From Acidobacteriota bacterium (GTDB lineage Bacteria > Acidobacteriota > Blastocatellia > Pyrinomonadales > Pyrinomonadaceae): a stretch of DNA of 64,000 nt. The first letter of the stretch is position 1. Every line of letters starts with the position of its first letter. The position numbers were made by a program, and so were the translations under genes. Positions 52,887 through 63,036 of this stretch are shown in pieces. Below the pieces are notes generated by a model. That model saw only the letters and a program-made list of their open reading frames with translations. It was not told where the DNA came from and ran no database searches. The stretch is from contig JAHBSM010000002.1 of the NCBI GenBank assembly GCA_019639115.1, positions 301,425 to 365,424 on the forward strand. Direction: 5' to 3'.

Positions 52887-54806
52887 CTAATTCTTCTCCG
52901 CTTTCTTCAAAAAGTCAACGAATTCGGGCACATTGCGTGTAAGCCCGGGAAACGATGCGATCGTCCTCAGGTCCGAATCCACGATCGCGTAGAACGGGAG
53001 CGCGACCGTACCGAACATCTCCTGTTCGAGCTGCTGGTTACGTTGATACACCTCGCCCTCACCGTCGGTGTAAAGCTGCACGAGGACAAACTTTGATAGT
53101 TCGGCCTCGACCTCTGCCTTGGGGAACACGTTTGCCTCCATCCAGCGACAGTTCGTACACGTGTATCCCGTGAAGTCAATAAATATCGGCCGATTCTCAG
53201 CTCGTGATCTAAGTCGAGCGGCGTCCAGGTCGTTCTTGATCCATTTCACAGCGCCCTCGGACGAGGAGAACTTACCGCCCGCCGAAACCTCGAGCGCAGG
53301 CGGGAGAAATGATTCGAGCTCGCCTAGGCGTGCGCCAAAGAGGCCTGTTAGCAAATAGAAGCTAACTGCCAGGCTCAGCACTGCAGCAAGCATTCGGCCG
53401 GCCCCAAGGCGTTCGGGTCTTGAGTCATGTGCCAATTGAAACTTGCCCAAGAGATAGATCGACAGAACGATCCCGATCGCGATCCACACCGCAAGGATCA
53501 CTTCGCGAGTGAAGATGCCCCATTTCCAAACCAGATCTACATTGGAGATGAACTTCATCGCCGCCGCGACCTCGAGGAATCCCATAGAGACCTTTACGGC
53601 ATTCATCCAACCGCCCGCACGAGGTAGCTGCGATACGAGCTGGGGTGCCAGCGCCAAAACGAAGAAAGGAAGTGCGAAAACCGTCGAGAAGGCAAGCATA
53701 CCCACAAGAGGCATTTGCCACTCACCCTGAGACGCCGAGACCAATATCGTGCCCACGAATGGTGAGGTGCACGTGAATGACGTCAACGTGAACGTCAAAC
53801 CCATCAGCAGAGCCCCGATGATACCGCTCCCGTCGCCTTCTTTGCTCCGAGTAAGTGAATCGAGCCGGGTAAGAACGCTCGAGGGTATCGTGATCTCATA
53901 TGCGCCGAATAGATTCAACGCGAAAAACAAGAAGATAGCCGTGATCAGCAGGTTGATCCAGGGATTTGCCGCGAATAGATTTATGCCCGCAGCACCGACA
54001 AAAACCGCCAGAAGCATTCCGAACAAGGTAAAAGTGGCGATGATCCCGAGCGAATATATTGTCGCGAGCTTTACAGCGCGACCACGATCTCCGCCGGCGT
54101 GATTAGTAAAATACGAGACCGTGATCGGGATCATCGGGAATACGCACGGCGTTAGCAGCGACAGGGCTCCCAAGGTGATCGCCAGCCATATGAAAGGCCA
54201 CAATTCGGTTGGCTGCCTGTCCGGCAAATTAGCTGGTGATGTAGCCGGCGGCACGGTCGTGGGACTCGTGTCCGAGAGGATCGGCTTTACTGCCGACGTG
54301 TTCCCCGGCCTGTCGGGCGCCTTGACACCGTCACGGGTTATCGTGATGGTCGTCGCAGGCAGACATGTCGTGTCGCTGCAGATCATGTAGCGAACACTCA
54401 ACGCCAGATCGGCCGTCGTTACGTCGGCGGTCGGACGAATGGGTACGGAAAACAATGCTCGATCGGTGTGAAACCGCGAAACGAGCGGTTTATCGTCAAC
54501 GATAAAATTCGGGTCGGGTTTAACAGTCGGCTTCGGCGAGCCGATCTTGCCGGCGATTTCGAACGGACTCCCTTCTGCGATCTTGATGGTCGTTGCTACC
54601 GGCCCACCTGGCGGTTGATCGATAGCATATAGATGCCAGCCCTGCTCGAGTTCTGCCAGAAGCTTGACATCGAAAGCCTTGCTCCTTTTAACATCGGCAA
54701 CTCCGTCATCTGCGGCCAGACTCCACTTGATCTGGCCTTGTGCGATCGCATCGCCGAGGGCACTCGCAAGGAGAAATAGTAGTAACAAAATTCTAGCCGT
54801 TCGCAT
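52887..54806 (-). CDS. dsbD: Thiol:disulfide interchange protein DsbD-like (N-terminal domain + CcdA-type membrane core + thioredoxin domain)
   Basis: ORF extends to 54974, but ATG 54806 yields the signal peptide MRTARILLLLFLLASALG. Membrane Cys motifs TPCVFPMIP and FTCTSPFVG; C-terminal thioredoxin CTNCRWME. Confidence 0.8.
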   Translation of the reverse strand: MRTARILLLLFLLASALGDAIAQGQIKWSLAADDGVADVKRSKAFDVKLLAELEQGWHLYAIDQPPGGPVATTIKIAEGSPFEIAGKIGSPKPTVKPDPNFIVDDKPLVSRFHTDRALFSVPIRPTADVTTADLALSVRYMICSDTTCLPATTITITRDGVKAPDRPGNTSAVKPILSDTSPTTVPPATSPANLPDRQPTELWPFIWLAITLGALSLLTPCVFPMIPITVSYFTNHAGGDRGRAVKLATIYSLGIIATFTLFGMLLAVFVGAAGINLFAANPWINLLITAIFLFFALNLFGAYEITIPSSVLTRLDSLTRSKEGDGSGIIGALLMGLTFTLTSFTCTSPFVGTILVSASQGEWQMPLVGMLAFSTVFALPFFVLALAPQLVSQLPRAGGWMNAVKVSMGFLEVAAAMKFISNVDLVWKWGIFTREVILAVWIAIGIVLSIYLLGKFQLAHDSRPERLGAGRMLAAVLSLAVSFYLLTGLFGARLGELESFLPPALEVSAGGKFSSSEGAVKWIKNDLDAARLRSRAENRPIFIDFTGYTCTNCRWMEANVFPKAEVEAELSKFVLVQLYTDGEGEVYQRNQQLEQEMFGTVALPFYAIVDSDLRTIASFPGLTRNVPEFVDFLKKAEKN

Positions 54807-54977
54807 ATATGATCGAGGCGTTGAATCAAATATATCACGCAAGACCGGCTCTATCTTCCATTGGCGTCTTGTTTTTGCCATAGATGGACGGCGGGGATAT
54901 AATGTTGTGTTTGCAGTAGTTCGGTGCGATCGGCTCGGAGTTTCCGTTGCGGCCGCGTCGGCACGGAGGTTCAACTT

Positions 54978-56120
54978 TTGCCAAAGACCGCCACAAGTAC
55001 AAAGAAAGTCTCTGCCAAGGCCGGACTGAATGGTTCCGCCGCCAAGACAACTCAGTCCGTTAAAGCCAACGGCAGCTCAGCCGATGATGGGTCGTACTTC
55101 GATCTCGAATTAGCCAAGGCGGAGTATGCCGCCCGTCGTGACTCACAGCTACGGTCGATCAAAACTATCGACAAGAAGCTTCTTCGCGAGATGCTCTACC
55201 AGATGGTCCTCGGGCGCAGATTCGAAGAAAAATGTGCTGAGGTCTATCGAATGGGCAAGATCGGTGGATTTTGCCATTTGTACATAGGCCAGGAAGCGAT
55301 CGCTATCGGTTCGATGATGGCACTAGAACCCAGCGATATGGTGATCACAGCATACCGCGACCATGTGCAGGCAATGGTCAAGGGGCTTTCACCCGAGAGT
55401 GTGTTGGCCGAGCTTTATGGTAAAGAAGGCGGCTGCGTCAAAGGCAAAGGCGGATCGATGCACATGTTCTCGCAGGAACACCAATTCTATGGCGGGCACG
55501 GTATTGTAGGCGGTCAGATCGGCGTTGGGACCGGGCTCGGCTACGCTGCCAAATATAAGGCGACGGGTCAGGTCGTCCTATGCTTTTTTGGCGAGGCTGC
55601 AGTCAATCAAGGCATCTTTCATGAATCCCTCAATATGGCCCAACTTTGGAAACTGCCGGTGATCTACATTTGTGAGAACAATCATTACGGCATGGGCACA
55701 TCGCAGGAACGAGCGATGAGCATCCGAAACATCGCCAAAAAAGCAGAATCCTATGGGATGGCCAACGAGTTCGTGGACGGAATGGACGTAATGGCGGTCC
55801 GCGAAGCGACATTGCGTGCGATCGATCGTGCTAGAAATGAAAGTATGCCGACCCTGCTTGAGGTCCGTGCTTACAGATACATGGGCCACTCGATGTCCGA
55901 TCCGGGAAATTACCGTACGCGTGACGAGATCGCCAGATACCAGGAGCGCGACCCGATCTTGCTATTCAAGGACACCTTAAAGGCCGCTAAAGTATTGTCG
56001 GACAAGGAGTTCGACAAAATTGAGCAGGAGGCCGCAGCGGCTGTAGAGAGGGCGGTCGAATTTGCCGAGAATAGCCCGTACCCGAGCGAGAGTGAATTAT
56101 TGACCGACGTTCTAGTGTAG
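54978..56120 (+). CDS. pdhA: Pyruvate dehydrogenase E1 component, alpha subunit
   Basis: ORF from 54924 overlaps the dsbD upstream region; in-frame TTG 54978 has GGAGG 8 nt upstream. Motifs GFCHLYIGQEA, TAYRDH, GKGGSMH, YICENNHYGMGT. Confidence 0.88.
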   Translation: MPKTATSTKKVSAKAGLNGSAAKTTQSVKANGSSADDGSYFDLELAKAEYAARRDSQLRSIKTIDKKLLREMLYQMVLGRRFEEKCAEVYRMGKIGGFCHLYIGQEAIAIGSMMALEPSDMVITAYRDHVQAMVKGLSPESVLAELYGKEGGCVKGKGGSMHMFSQEHQFYGGHGIVGGQIGVGTGLGYAAKYKATGQVVLCFFGEAAVNQGIFHESLNMAQLWKLPVIYICENNHYGMGTSQERAMSIRNIAKKAESYGMANEFVDGMDVMAVREATLRAIDRARNESMPTLLEVRAYRYMGHSMSDPGNYRTRDEIARYQERDPILLFKDTLKAAKVLSDKEFDKIEQEAAAAVERAVEFAENSPYPSESELLTDVLV

Positions 56121-56124
56121 TCAT

Positions 56125-57108
56125 ATGGCAGTTCTAACCATCCGCGATGCCCTGAATGAGGCACTTCGCGAAGAGATCCTACGGGACGAGAATGTTTTCG
56201 TAATGGGTGAAGAGGTAGCCGAGTACGACGGCGCCTACAAGGTGACCCGCGGCCTCTGGAAAGAGTTCGGCGATAAACGAGTCGTCGATACTCCGATCAC
56301 CGAACTCGGCTTTGCTGCGGTCGGCGTCGGGGCTGCAATGGCCGGACTTCGGCCCGTGATCGAGTTCATGACATGGAATTTCTCGATCCTCGCTTCGGAC
56401 CAGATCATCAATCATGCGGCGAAAATGCTGTATATGTCCGGCGGCCAGTTCAAGGTCCCGATCGTTTTCCGCGGGCCCAACGGCTCCGCGTTCCAGGTCT
56501 CTTCGCAGCATTCGCAGGCCCTCGAAGCCTTCTATGCCAATTTTCCCGGACTGAAGGTCGTTATGCCGTCAACGGCGGCCGACGCCAAAGGGCTGCTCAA
56601 ATCATCCATTCGCGATGACAACCCGGTTATCTTCCTGGAACAAGAGCGAATGTACGGGCTCAAAGGCGAGGTTCCCGAGGGCGATGATTTCATCATTCCG
56701 CTAGGTCTGGCCGACATCAAACGCGAAGGCACGGACTGCACTATAGTCGCCCGTTCTATGACCGTTCCGCTAGCTTTGCAAGCCGCTGAGAAGATACAGG
56801 CTGAGTTCGATGTATCGGTCGAGGTCGTCGATCCGCGAACTATCAAACCGCTTGATATCGACACGATCGTCGGATCTGTACAAAAGACGAATCGGCTGGT
56901 GATCGCAGAGGAATCTCACGAATTCGCATCTGTCGGCGCGGAGATCACGTATCAGGTCATGGACCGCGCTTTTGATCATCTGGATGCCCCGATCAAGCGC
57001 GTTTCTACTGCGGAGACGCCGATGCCCTATGCCAAGAATTTGGAAGCGGCGGCTTTGCCTAGCGTCGAAAAGATAATCGCAGCAGTAAAGGACGTCTGCT
57101 ACTTGTAG
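56125..57108 (+). CDS. pdhB: Pyruvate dehydrogenase E1 component, beta subunit
   Basis: 327 aa. IRDALNEALREE, VFVMGEEVAEYDGAYKVT, DTPITE. Confidence 0.9.
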   Translation: MAVLTIRDALNEALREEILRDENVFVMGEEVAEYDGAYKVTRGLWKEFGDKRVVDTPITELGFAAVGVGAAMAGLRPVIEFMTWNFSILASDQIINHAAKMLYMSGGQFKVPIVFRGPNGSAFQVSSQHSQALEAFYANFPGLKVVMPSTAADAKGLLKSSIRDDNPVIFLEQERMYGLKGEVPEGDDFIIPLGLADIKREGTDCTIVARSMTVPLALQAAEKIQAEFDVSVEVVDPRTIKPLDIDTIVGSVQKTNRLVIAEESHEFASVGAEITYQVMDRAFDHLDAPIKRVSTAETPMPYAKNLEAAALPSVEKIIAAVKDVCYL

Positions 57109-57146
57109 CAGGCTGAGTCCATATTTGGCACCGGAAACCCGAAATT

Positions 57147-58418
57147 ATGGCTGAAAAATTCTTAATGCCAAAGCTGTCGCCCACGATGGAGGAGGGACAA
57201 ATCTCGCGTTGGGTCATCAACGAGGGTGATGACTTCAGCGCCGGTGACACGCTCGCCGAGGTTGATACCGACAAAGCGACAATGGAAATGACCGCACTCA
57301 CCGGCGGCACACTCCTAAAGGTAATTAAACCCGCCGGCTCCACTGCGGCTCTGGGCGAAACGATCGCGATAACGGGAAAGAAAGGTGAGGACATCACCGC
57401 ATTGTTAGCCGAAGCCTCGTCGAACGGTTCGGAGAAAAAGGCTCCGGCTGAACCAAAGGAACCGGCCCCTGTCGCAGCCGCCGCTGTCGCTTCAACTGCG
57501 GAGGTATCTGCGCCTGTTGCGACATCTACTTCAAAAGCCGGGAACGGCCGGGTGATCGTCTCGCCGATCGCGGCCAGGATGGCTGCGGACAACGGGGTGG
57601 ACCTACGGGCGGTCATAGGCTCAGGCCCTAACGGTCGCATCATCAAACGTGACATTGAAGCCGCTCTCGCGGGAGGCGGTTCGTCCGGGTCGGGAAGGGT
57701 GGCCTTCACGCCATCGACGGTAGTTGGAGCGTCGGCCTATAACGATGAACCGACATCTCAGATGCGGCGTGTCATAGCAAGCCGGTTGGCCGAATCGATC
57801 GGCCCGGTGCCGACGTTCTACCTCACGACTGAGATCGAAATGGACAACGCTCTCGATCTCAGACGCGCGATAAACGCTTCGGTCCCCGATGAACAGAAGA
57901 TCAGCGTTAATGACATCATCGTAAAGGTAGCCGCGCTGTCGTTAGTGAAGCATCCTTACGTGAACGCCTCATACCAAGGCGACAAGATACGATTCTACGA
58001 GCAACCCGACATCGGTATTGCTGTCGCCATCGACGAAGGCTTGATCACACCCGTGGTTCGCGGAGCCAATCTCAAGGGATTCGTTGAGATCGGAGCTGAG
58101 ATAAGGGACCTTGCAGCTAAAGCCAGATCGAAAAAGCTGCTGCCCGAGGAATATACCGGAGCGACCTTTTCGATCTCGAACCTAGGTATGTTCGGTATCA
58201 AGGAGTTCACAGCTATCATCAATCCGCCGGAGGCGGGCATACTCGCGGTCGGCAACGCCGTACCGACGGCCGTCGTTCGAGAAGGTGCTGTCGTCGTTCG
58301 CAATATCATGAACGTAACGATGTCTTGCGACCATAGAGTTATCGACGGGGCGACCGGGGCCAAATTCCTTCAGACGTTCAAACAAATGCTGGAGCAGCCC
58401 GCGATGATGTTAGTTTGA
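57147..58418 (+). CDS. pdhC: Dihydrolipoamide acetyltransferase (E2)
   Basis: 423 aa. Lipoyl domain EVDTDKATMEM, Ala/Pro linker, E3-binding SPIAARMAADNGVDL, catalytic DHRVIDGA. Confidence 0.9.
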   Translation: MAEKFLMPKLSPTMEEGQISRWVINEGDDFSAGDTLAEVDTDKATMEMTALTGGTLLKVIKPAGSTAALGETIAITGKKGEDITALLAEASSNGSEKKAPAEPKEPAPVAAAAVASTAEVSAPVATSTSKAGNGRVIVSPIAARMAADNGVDLRAVIGSGPNGRIIKRDIEAALAGGGSSGSGRVAFTPSTVVGASAYNDEPTSQMRRVIASRLAESIGPVPTFYLTTEIEMDNALDLRRAINASVPDEQKISVNDIIVKVAALSLVKHPYVNASYQGDKIRFYEQPDIGIAVAIDEGLITPVVRGANLKGFVEIGAEIRDLAAKARSKKLLPEEYTGATFSISNLGMFGIKEFTAIINPPEAGILAVGNAVPTAVVREGAVVVRNIMNVTMSCDHRVIDGATGAKFLQTFKQMLEQPAMMLV

Positions 58419-58450
58419 TCGGACCAGTATTTTCGCCCTTCACCTAAATG

Positions 58451-58584
58451 AAAAAAAGCCCGCCGTAGAGGTGGGCTTTTCGTTTCGACATTGCACCGGG
58501 TTAAGCACCCGCAGAGTTGTATTTAGGCAGCGTCACTCGAGCGGCCTTCTCTTTCTTCAATCCAAGTGCCCAGTCAGCCTGCAT
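58451..58584. terminator. Bidirectional rho-independent terminator between convergent pdhC and the acyl-CoA dehydrogenase gene
   Basis: AAAAAAA-AGCCCGCC-gtaga-GGTGGGCT-TTTCGTTT. The 9-bp stem (one G-U) spans 58556-58578, flanked by A and T runs. Its 3' part overlaps the extreme 3' end of the minus-strand ORF (stop at 58501). Confidence 0.55.
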
Positions 58585-59712
58585 AAGCGTATGGATATCT
58601 CGGGTTCCTTCGTAGATAACTGCGGCTTTGCAGTTTCGCAGGTATCGTTCAACCGGGTAATCATTCGTGTAGCCGTTTGCTCCGTGGACCTCGATGGCCA
58701 TGGAGGCAGCTTTTTCAGATCGGGTTGTTGCCTGCCACTTGGCCAATGACGCCGCCTTCGCCGACGGTAAACCTTGATTCTTTAGCCATCCGCATTTTAG
58801 CCAGAGCAGGTGAGCCATCTGGTAATCAGCTTCCATCTCAGCGATCTTTTGCTTTACGAGCTGAAAACTTGCGATCTTCTGCCCTTGCACTTCGCGGGTG
58901 TTCGCGTATGCGATCGACGCATCTCGGCTCGCCCGAATGACCCCGGTCGCACCTGAAGCGACCGTGTATCTACCATTCTCGAGGCTGAACATCGCGATCT
59001 TGAATCCTTCGCCTTCGTTCCCAAGCATATTTGCGGCCGGAACGCGAACGTCCTGTAGTGAGAAGTAGCCCGTGTTCCCTGCTTTGATGCCCAGCTTTCC
59101 GTGGATAGTACCGCTTGAGAAACCGGGCATGGAACGCTCGATGATGAAACATGAGATACCGCTATGGTCACGAACCTTCATTTTCTCGAGATCCGTCCAA
59201 CAGAAGAAAAGAAAGTGATCCGCAACGTCGGCAAGCGAGATCCACATCTTCTCGCCGTTCAGGATCCAATCATCGCCGTCGCGTTTGGCATACGACCTCA
59301 TACCAACGACATCAGAACCCGCATTTGGCTCGGTCAATCCGAACGTTGCCAATTTTTCGCCTTTGGCCTGCGGAACGAGGTACTTCTGCTTCTGTTCCTC
59401 GGTCCCCCACGTCAGAAGGCTCATGCTGTTGAGTCCAACGTGAACGGACATCGCGACACGAAGAAATGTGTCGCAAGCCTCGAGTTCTTCGCAAACGAGT
59501 CCGAGCGAAATGTAATCGAACCCCGCTCCGCCGTATTCCGTCGGAATACATACGCCGAGGAGGCCCAACTCAGCCATTTTGTCGAATACGCTGCGCTCGA
59601 AATGAGACTTCTCGTCCCACTCTTTGATATAAGGGGCAACCTCGCCGGCACAGAACTCCCGAACCGTGTTCTCAAGTGCTATTTGTTCTTCTGTTAATTC
59701 AAGATCGATCAC
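58501..59712 (-). CDS. Acyl-CoA dehydrogenase
   Basis: 403 aa. LTEEQ start, GLTEPNAGSD, WISLAD, C-terminal IYEGTRDIH. Confidence 0.88.
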   Translation of the reverse strand: MIDLELTEEQIALENTVREFCAGEVAPYIKEWDEKSHFERSVFDKMAELGLLGVCIPTEYGGAGFDYISLGLVCEELEACDTFLRVAMSVHVGLNSMSLLTWGTEEQKQKYLVPQAKGEKLATFGLTEPNAGSDVVGMRSYAKRDGDDWILNGEKMWISLADVADHFLFFCWTDLEKMKVRDHSGISCFIIERSMPGFSSGTIHGKLGIKAGNTGYFSLQDVRVPAANMLGNEGEGFKIAMFSLENGRYTVASGATGVIRASRDASIAYANTREVQGQKIASFQLVKQKIAEMEADYQMAHLLWLKCGWLKNQGLPSAKAASLAKWQATTRSEKAASMAIEVHGANGYTNDYPVERYLRNCKAAVIYEGTRDIHTLMQADWALGLKKEKAARVTLPKYNSAGA

Positions 59713-59813
59713 TTTTTGTCCGTCTCCCGATAGATACCGTTGTGGTAAAGTATTGATAAATTACTAAACCAGAGTCTAGCATTTTGCCCCTTCGGTGTCA
59801 GTTGTCACAGGCG

Positions 59814-61007
59814 ATGATATCCATCAAAAACGCTAATAATTCAATAAAGCGAACTGTGCCGACGCTCGAACCTGAGGCGATCGCCATCCGTTCGTCCGTT
59901 GGACGGATCCTGGCTGAAGACATCGTCGCCGATATGGATCTACCGCCTTTTGACCGTTCGATGATGGACGGGTTTGCGGTACGGGCAGCCGATCTCGCGG
60001 GCCCTCACTCAACTCTCAAGGTAGTCGGCGAATCCGCTGCAGGACGTGGTTGGCATCATGAACTGTCCCGCGGAGAGGCCGTGCGGATCATGACCGGTGC
60101 ACCGGTGCCAAAAGGTGCGGACGCCGTGATACGCGTTGAGGATACTAGCGAAAATGACGGATCGGTGGTCATAGGTACGGTCGTCAAACGCGGCACTTCG
60201 ATCGTAAAACGCGGATCTGAGGTCCGATCCGGGCGCGTTCTGTTGTCCAAAGGAGACCTCATTACGCCGTACAACATAGCTACGATAGCAGCATTCGGCT
60301 ATGCCGAACTCCAGGTCTATAAACGCCCGACGATCTCGGTCATTTCCACAGGTTCGGAGATCGTAACGATAGCCACGACACCCAAGCAGGATCAGATCCG
60401 CAACTCTAATTCTGTGATGATCGCTTCGATGGCAGCCGCGTTGAACGCAAAGGTCGAGATCCGTCCGCATGTTATGGACGACATCGCAAATCTCAAGCGT
60501 GCTGTCGGCTCAGCGTCCGAACGTTCGGATATGGTCGTTCTGACCGGTGGCGTCTCGGTCGGCAAATATGACCTCACAAAGGACGCAATCATTGGGCTAG
60601 GCGGAAAGATCATTTTTGACAAGGTGAGGCTCAAACCCGGCAAACCTACTGTTTTCGCTATGCTAGGAAACGCTTGCGTTTTTGGTTTGCCCGGTAATCC
60701 GGTTTCGGCAGCGGTCGCTTTTCGATTGTTTGTTCAGGCCGCTATCATGCGAATGCAAGGAGCCGGTTCCCCGCTCGGCTCAGGAGGCAAGGCTTTGACG
60801 AACGCCGAACTAAAGGCTCCGACTGAGCGCGACCTGTATCAGTTGTCGAGGTCCGAGATCGACACGAAAGGAAGGTTATCGATCTCTCCGGTTCAGACCC
60901 GAGGCTCCTCCGACCTTGCAAGCATGCGAGTTGCAGACTGTTTGGCAGTGGTGCCGCGAGGCACTCGAAATCAACCGGGAGATATCGTCGATATATTATG
61001 GCTTTGA
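59814..61007 (+). CDS. moeA: Molybdopterin molybdotransferase
   Basis: ORF from 59784 (non-ATG); ATG 59814 preferred. Motifs PPFDRSMMDGFAV, IMTGAPVPKGADAV, TGGVSVGKYD, LKPGKP. Confidence 0.88.
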   Translation: MISIKNANNSIKRTVPTLEPEAIAIRSSVGRILAEDIVADMDLPPFDRSMMDGFAVRAADLAGPHSTLKVVGESAAGRGWHHELSRGEAVRIMTGAPVPKGADAVIRVEDTSENDGSVVIGTVVKRGTSIVKRGSEVRSGRVLLSKGDLITPYNIATIAAFGYAELQVYKRPTISVISTGSEIVTIATTPKQDQIRNSNSVMIASMAAALNAKVEIRPHVMDDIANLKRAVGSASERSDMVVLTGGVSVGKYDLTKDAIIGLGGKIIFDKVRLKPGKPTVFAMLGNACVFGLPGNPVSAAVAFRLFVQAAIMRMQGAGSPLGSGGKALTNAELKAPTERDLYQLSRSEIDTKGRLSISPVQTRGSSDLASMRVADCLAVVPRGTRNQPGDIVDILWL

Positions 61008-61744
61008 ACGACGATCTGCCGATGCAAATGGCACACGAAGCCATCTACGTGAGCGTGTTGAAAGTGCTCGGGAGCCATCCACGCCGCCGAATACTAGATC
61101 TGCCGGCCGGGAGGGGCTCGCTTGCCGTAAGGCTGGCCGAGCTCGGGCACGACGTTGTGTGCGGCGATCTCTACCCCGAGATATTCGCTTTTGAAGGAAT
61201 CGATGTCGTGCAAGCGAATATGGACGCGAGGCTTCCGTTTGACGACAAAGAATTTGACATCGCAGTCTGTGTAGAGGGCCTTGAACATGTGGAGAATCCA
61301 GCGAACGCGATCCGCGAATTCGCGCGGGTGATCGACACCGGTGGGCAGCTCATCATTTCCGTGCCAAATATAATGAACATCGAAGAACGGCTAAAGTGGC
61401 TTTTGAACGGATATACGTCGCACTTCAAACCGGTCACAGATTCTCACGTAGAGGAAATGGGAAAGATAACGGATGGGCGAAATGAGATAGGGCTTCACAT
61501 TAATCCGCTTGGATACGCTGAAGTTCGATATTTACTCGAATCCGCAGGATTCTCCGTGATCGATGTTCACACCGATGCAAAAAAAGGCGGGAGCATTGCG
61601 TTCGCTCCGCTTGTATGGGCGATCAGGGGAATCGGACGATTGTCATCAGCCTCGCGACGTTCGGAGCGATGGACCGACGAAATGAACTCGCCAAACGTCC
61701 TGAACGGGGGAAATACTTTGATCTTCGAGGCTAGAAAACAATGA
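60998..61744 (+). CDS. Class I SAM-dependent methyltransferase wedged between moeA and moaC
   Basis: 248 aa. Motif I RILDLPAGRGSLA and acidic GDLY. Overlaps moeA by 10 nt and moaC by 4 nt (ATGA). Confidence 0.65.
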   Translation: MALNDDLPMQMAHEAIYVSVLKVLGSHPRRRILDLPAGRGSLAVRLAELGHDVVCGDLYPEIFAFEGIDVVQANMDARLPFDDKEFDIAVCVEGLEHVENPANAIREFARVIDTGGQLIISVPNIMNIEERLKWLLNGYTSHFKPVTDSHVEEMGKITDGRNEIGLHINPLGYAEVRYLLESAGFSVIDVHTDAKKGGSIAFAPLVWAIRGIGRLSSASRRSERWTDEMNSPNVLNGGNTLIFEARKQ

Positions 61745-62208
61745 AGCAGCTATCACATTATGGCGACGACGGCAGCCCGCGAATGGTGGATATCTCGGAA
61801 AAGGACGTTTCGGTCAGGAAAGCAGCGGCCGCAGGTACCGTCTTTGCCAACATCGAGACCATCGGCCTGCTGATGAAGGGCCAAAATCCGAAGGGAGACC
61901 CGTTGGAGATAGCCCGGATCGCGGGAATAATGGCGGCTAAACGTACGTTCGAATTGATCCCGCTGTGCCATCAGATCGCGTTAACAAATGTTGATATTAG
62001 TATCTCTGTAGGTGAAGGCAGGATCGATATAACTGCTGAAGCGTCTGCAACCGACAGGACAGGCGTCGAGATGGAAGCCTTGACCGCCGTTTCGGTCGCA
62101 GCTTTGACGATCTACGACATGTGCAAAGCGGTACAGAAGGATATTACGATCGGAGAGGTACGATTGATCTCAAAATCAGGTGGTCGGTCGAACTTTCGAT
62201 CAGATTGA
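61741..62208 (+). CDS. moaC: Cyclic pyranopterin monophosphate synthase
   Basis: 155 aa. MVDISEKDVSVRKA, IPLCHQIAL, GVEMEALTA. Confidence 0.92.
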   Translation: MKQLSHYGDDGSPRMVDISEKDVSVRKAAAAGTVFANIETIGLLMKGQNPKGDPLEIARIAGIMAAKRTFELIPLCHQIALTNVDISISVGEGRIDITAEASATDRTGVEMEALTAVSVAALTIYDMCKAVQKDITIGEVRLISKSGGRSNFRSD

Positions 62209-62241
62209 TCGTATCCGAGATGTAGATCACCCGGAGGCATT

Positions 62242-63036
62242 ATGGAATTTAGATATACAATTGGCGATGACGCGAGGCCGCAGGTAAAGCTCCTGACGAT
62301 CGCTACGGTTCTGACCATCATCCTTTGGTTCGTTCCTTTTGCCGAATATCTTGTGTATCCATTCAGGCTATTTGTCACTTTCATACACGAGGGAGGACAT
62401 GCTCTGGTCTCGTTGTTGACTGGCGGCTCTGTACAAAGCTTGACGGTCGCCGCCGACGGGAGCGGTGTTGTATTTTCGGCGCCCTCAGGACGGATCGGAC
62501 AATTGCTCACATCGAGCGCCGGCTACCTCGGCACCTCGGCATTTGGCGTACTTTTGCTTTATCTGATCAGGCGAAGGCTTTCGCCCAATATCCTGCTCGC
62601 CGGCTGCGGTATAATTATAGGCTTACTGACCGTCGTATTTGGAATCGTATCGCCGGCGATGAACCTGCTCTCTCTGAACGTAGGGCTTTCGAGCGTGATG
62701 TTCACAGTATTGGCCGGAGTGTCGATCTCATCGGTCCTGCTTATCGCCGCAAAGTTCGCGAGTCAAAGGACGGCGGCATTTGCCGCGGCGTTCCTCGCGG
62801 TCCAATGTTTGATGAATGCACTGTCAGACCTAAAGACGCTCGTTTTCATAAATGCGCCTCTGGTCGGCTCAGATATTCAGACCGATGCCGCGAACATGTC
62901 GGCTGCCTCTGGAATTCCGGGCTTCGTTTGGGCCGTCCTATGGTTACTAATTTCCTTGGTTTTGGTGGTCGTAGGTCTTAGGATGTTCGCGTCATTGCGA
63001 AGCGTCTCTAAGAATGATTCACTTTTCAATGACTGA
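62242..63036 (+). CDS. M50B-like integral membrane metallopeptidase
   Basis: 264 aa, multi-TM. HExxH motif in FIHEGGHALVSLLTGG followed by DGSGV. Confidence 0.6.
   Translation: MEFRYTIGDDARPQVKLLTIATVLTIILWFVPFAEYLVYPFRLFVTFIHEGGHALVSLLTGGSVQSLTVAADGSGVVFSAPSGRIGQLLTSSAGYLGTSAFGVLLLYLIRRRLSPNILLAGCGIIIGLLTVVFGIVSPAMNLLSLNVGLSSVMFTVLAGVSISSVLLIAAKFASQRTAAFAAAFLAVQCLMNALSDLKTLVFINAPLVGSDIQTDAANMSAASGIPGFVWAVLWLLISLVLVVVGLRMFASLRSVSKNDSLFND

Noticed and set aside
54807-54977. Long N-terminal extensions of dsbD (to 54974) and pdhA (from 54924), which overlap each other
   Set aside because: The internal dsbD ATG at 54806 gives a clean signal peptide. The pdhA TTG at 54978 has a GGAGG ribosome-binding site. 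The extensions are Arg-rich.
57059-57709. 216-aa minus-strand ORF antisense to the E2 (pdhC) lipoyl-linker region
   Set aside because: Its Ala/Pro/Ser-rich translation mirrors the Ala/Pro linker of E2. It has no motifs and overlaps two well-supported genes.
62325-62981. 218-aa same-strand alternative-frame ORF inside the M50-like peptidase gene
   Set aside because: It is Arg-rich and low-complexity. The other frame gives a coherent multi-TM protein with an HExxH motif.
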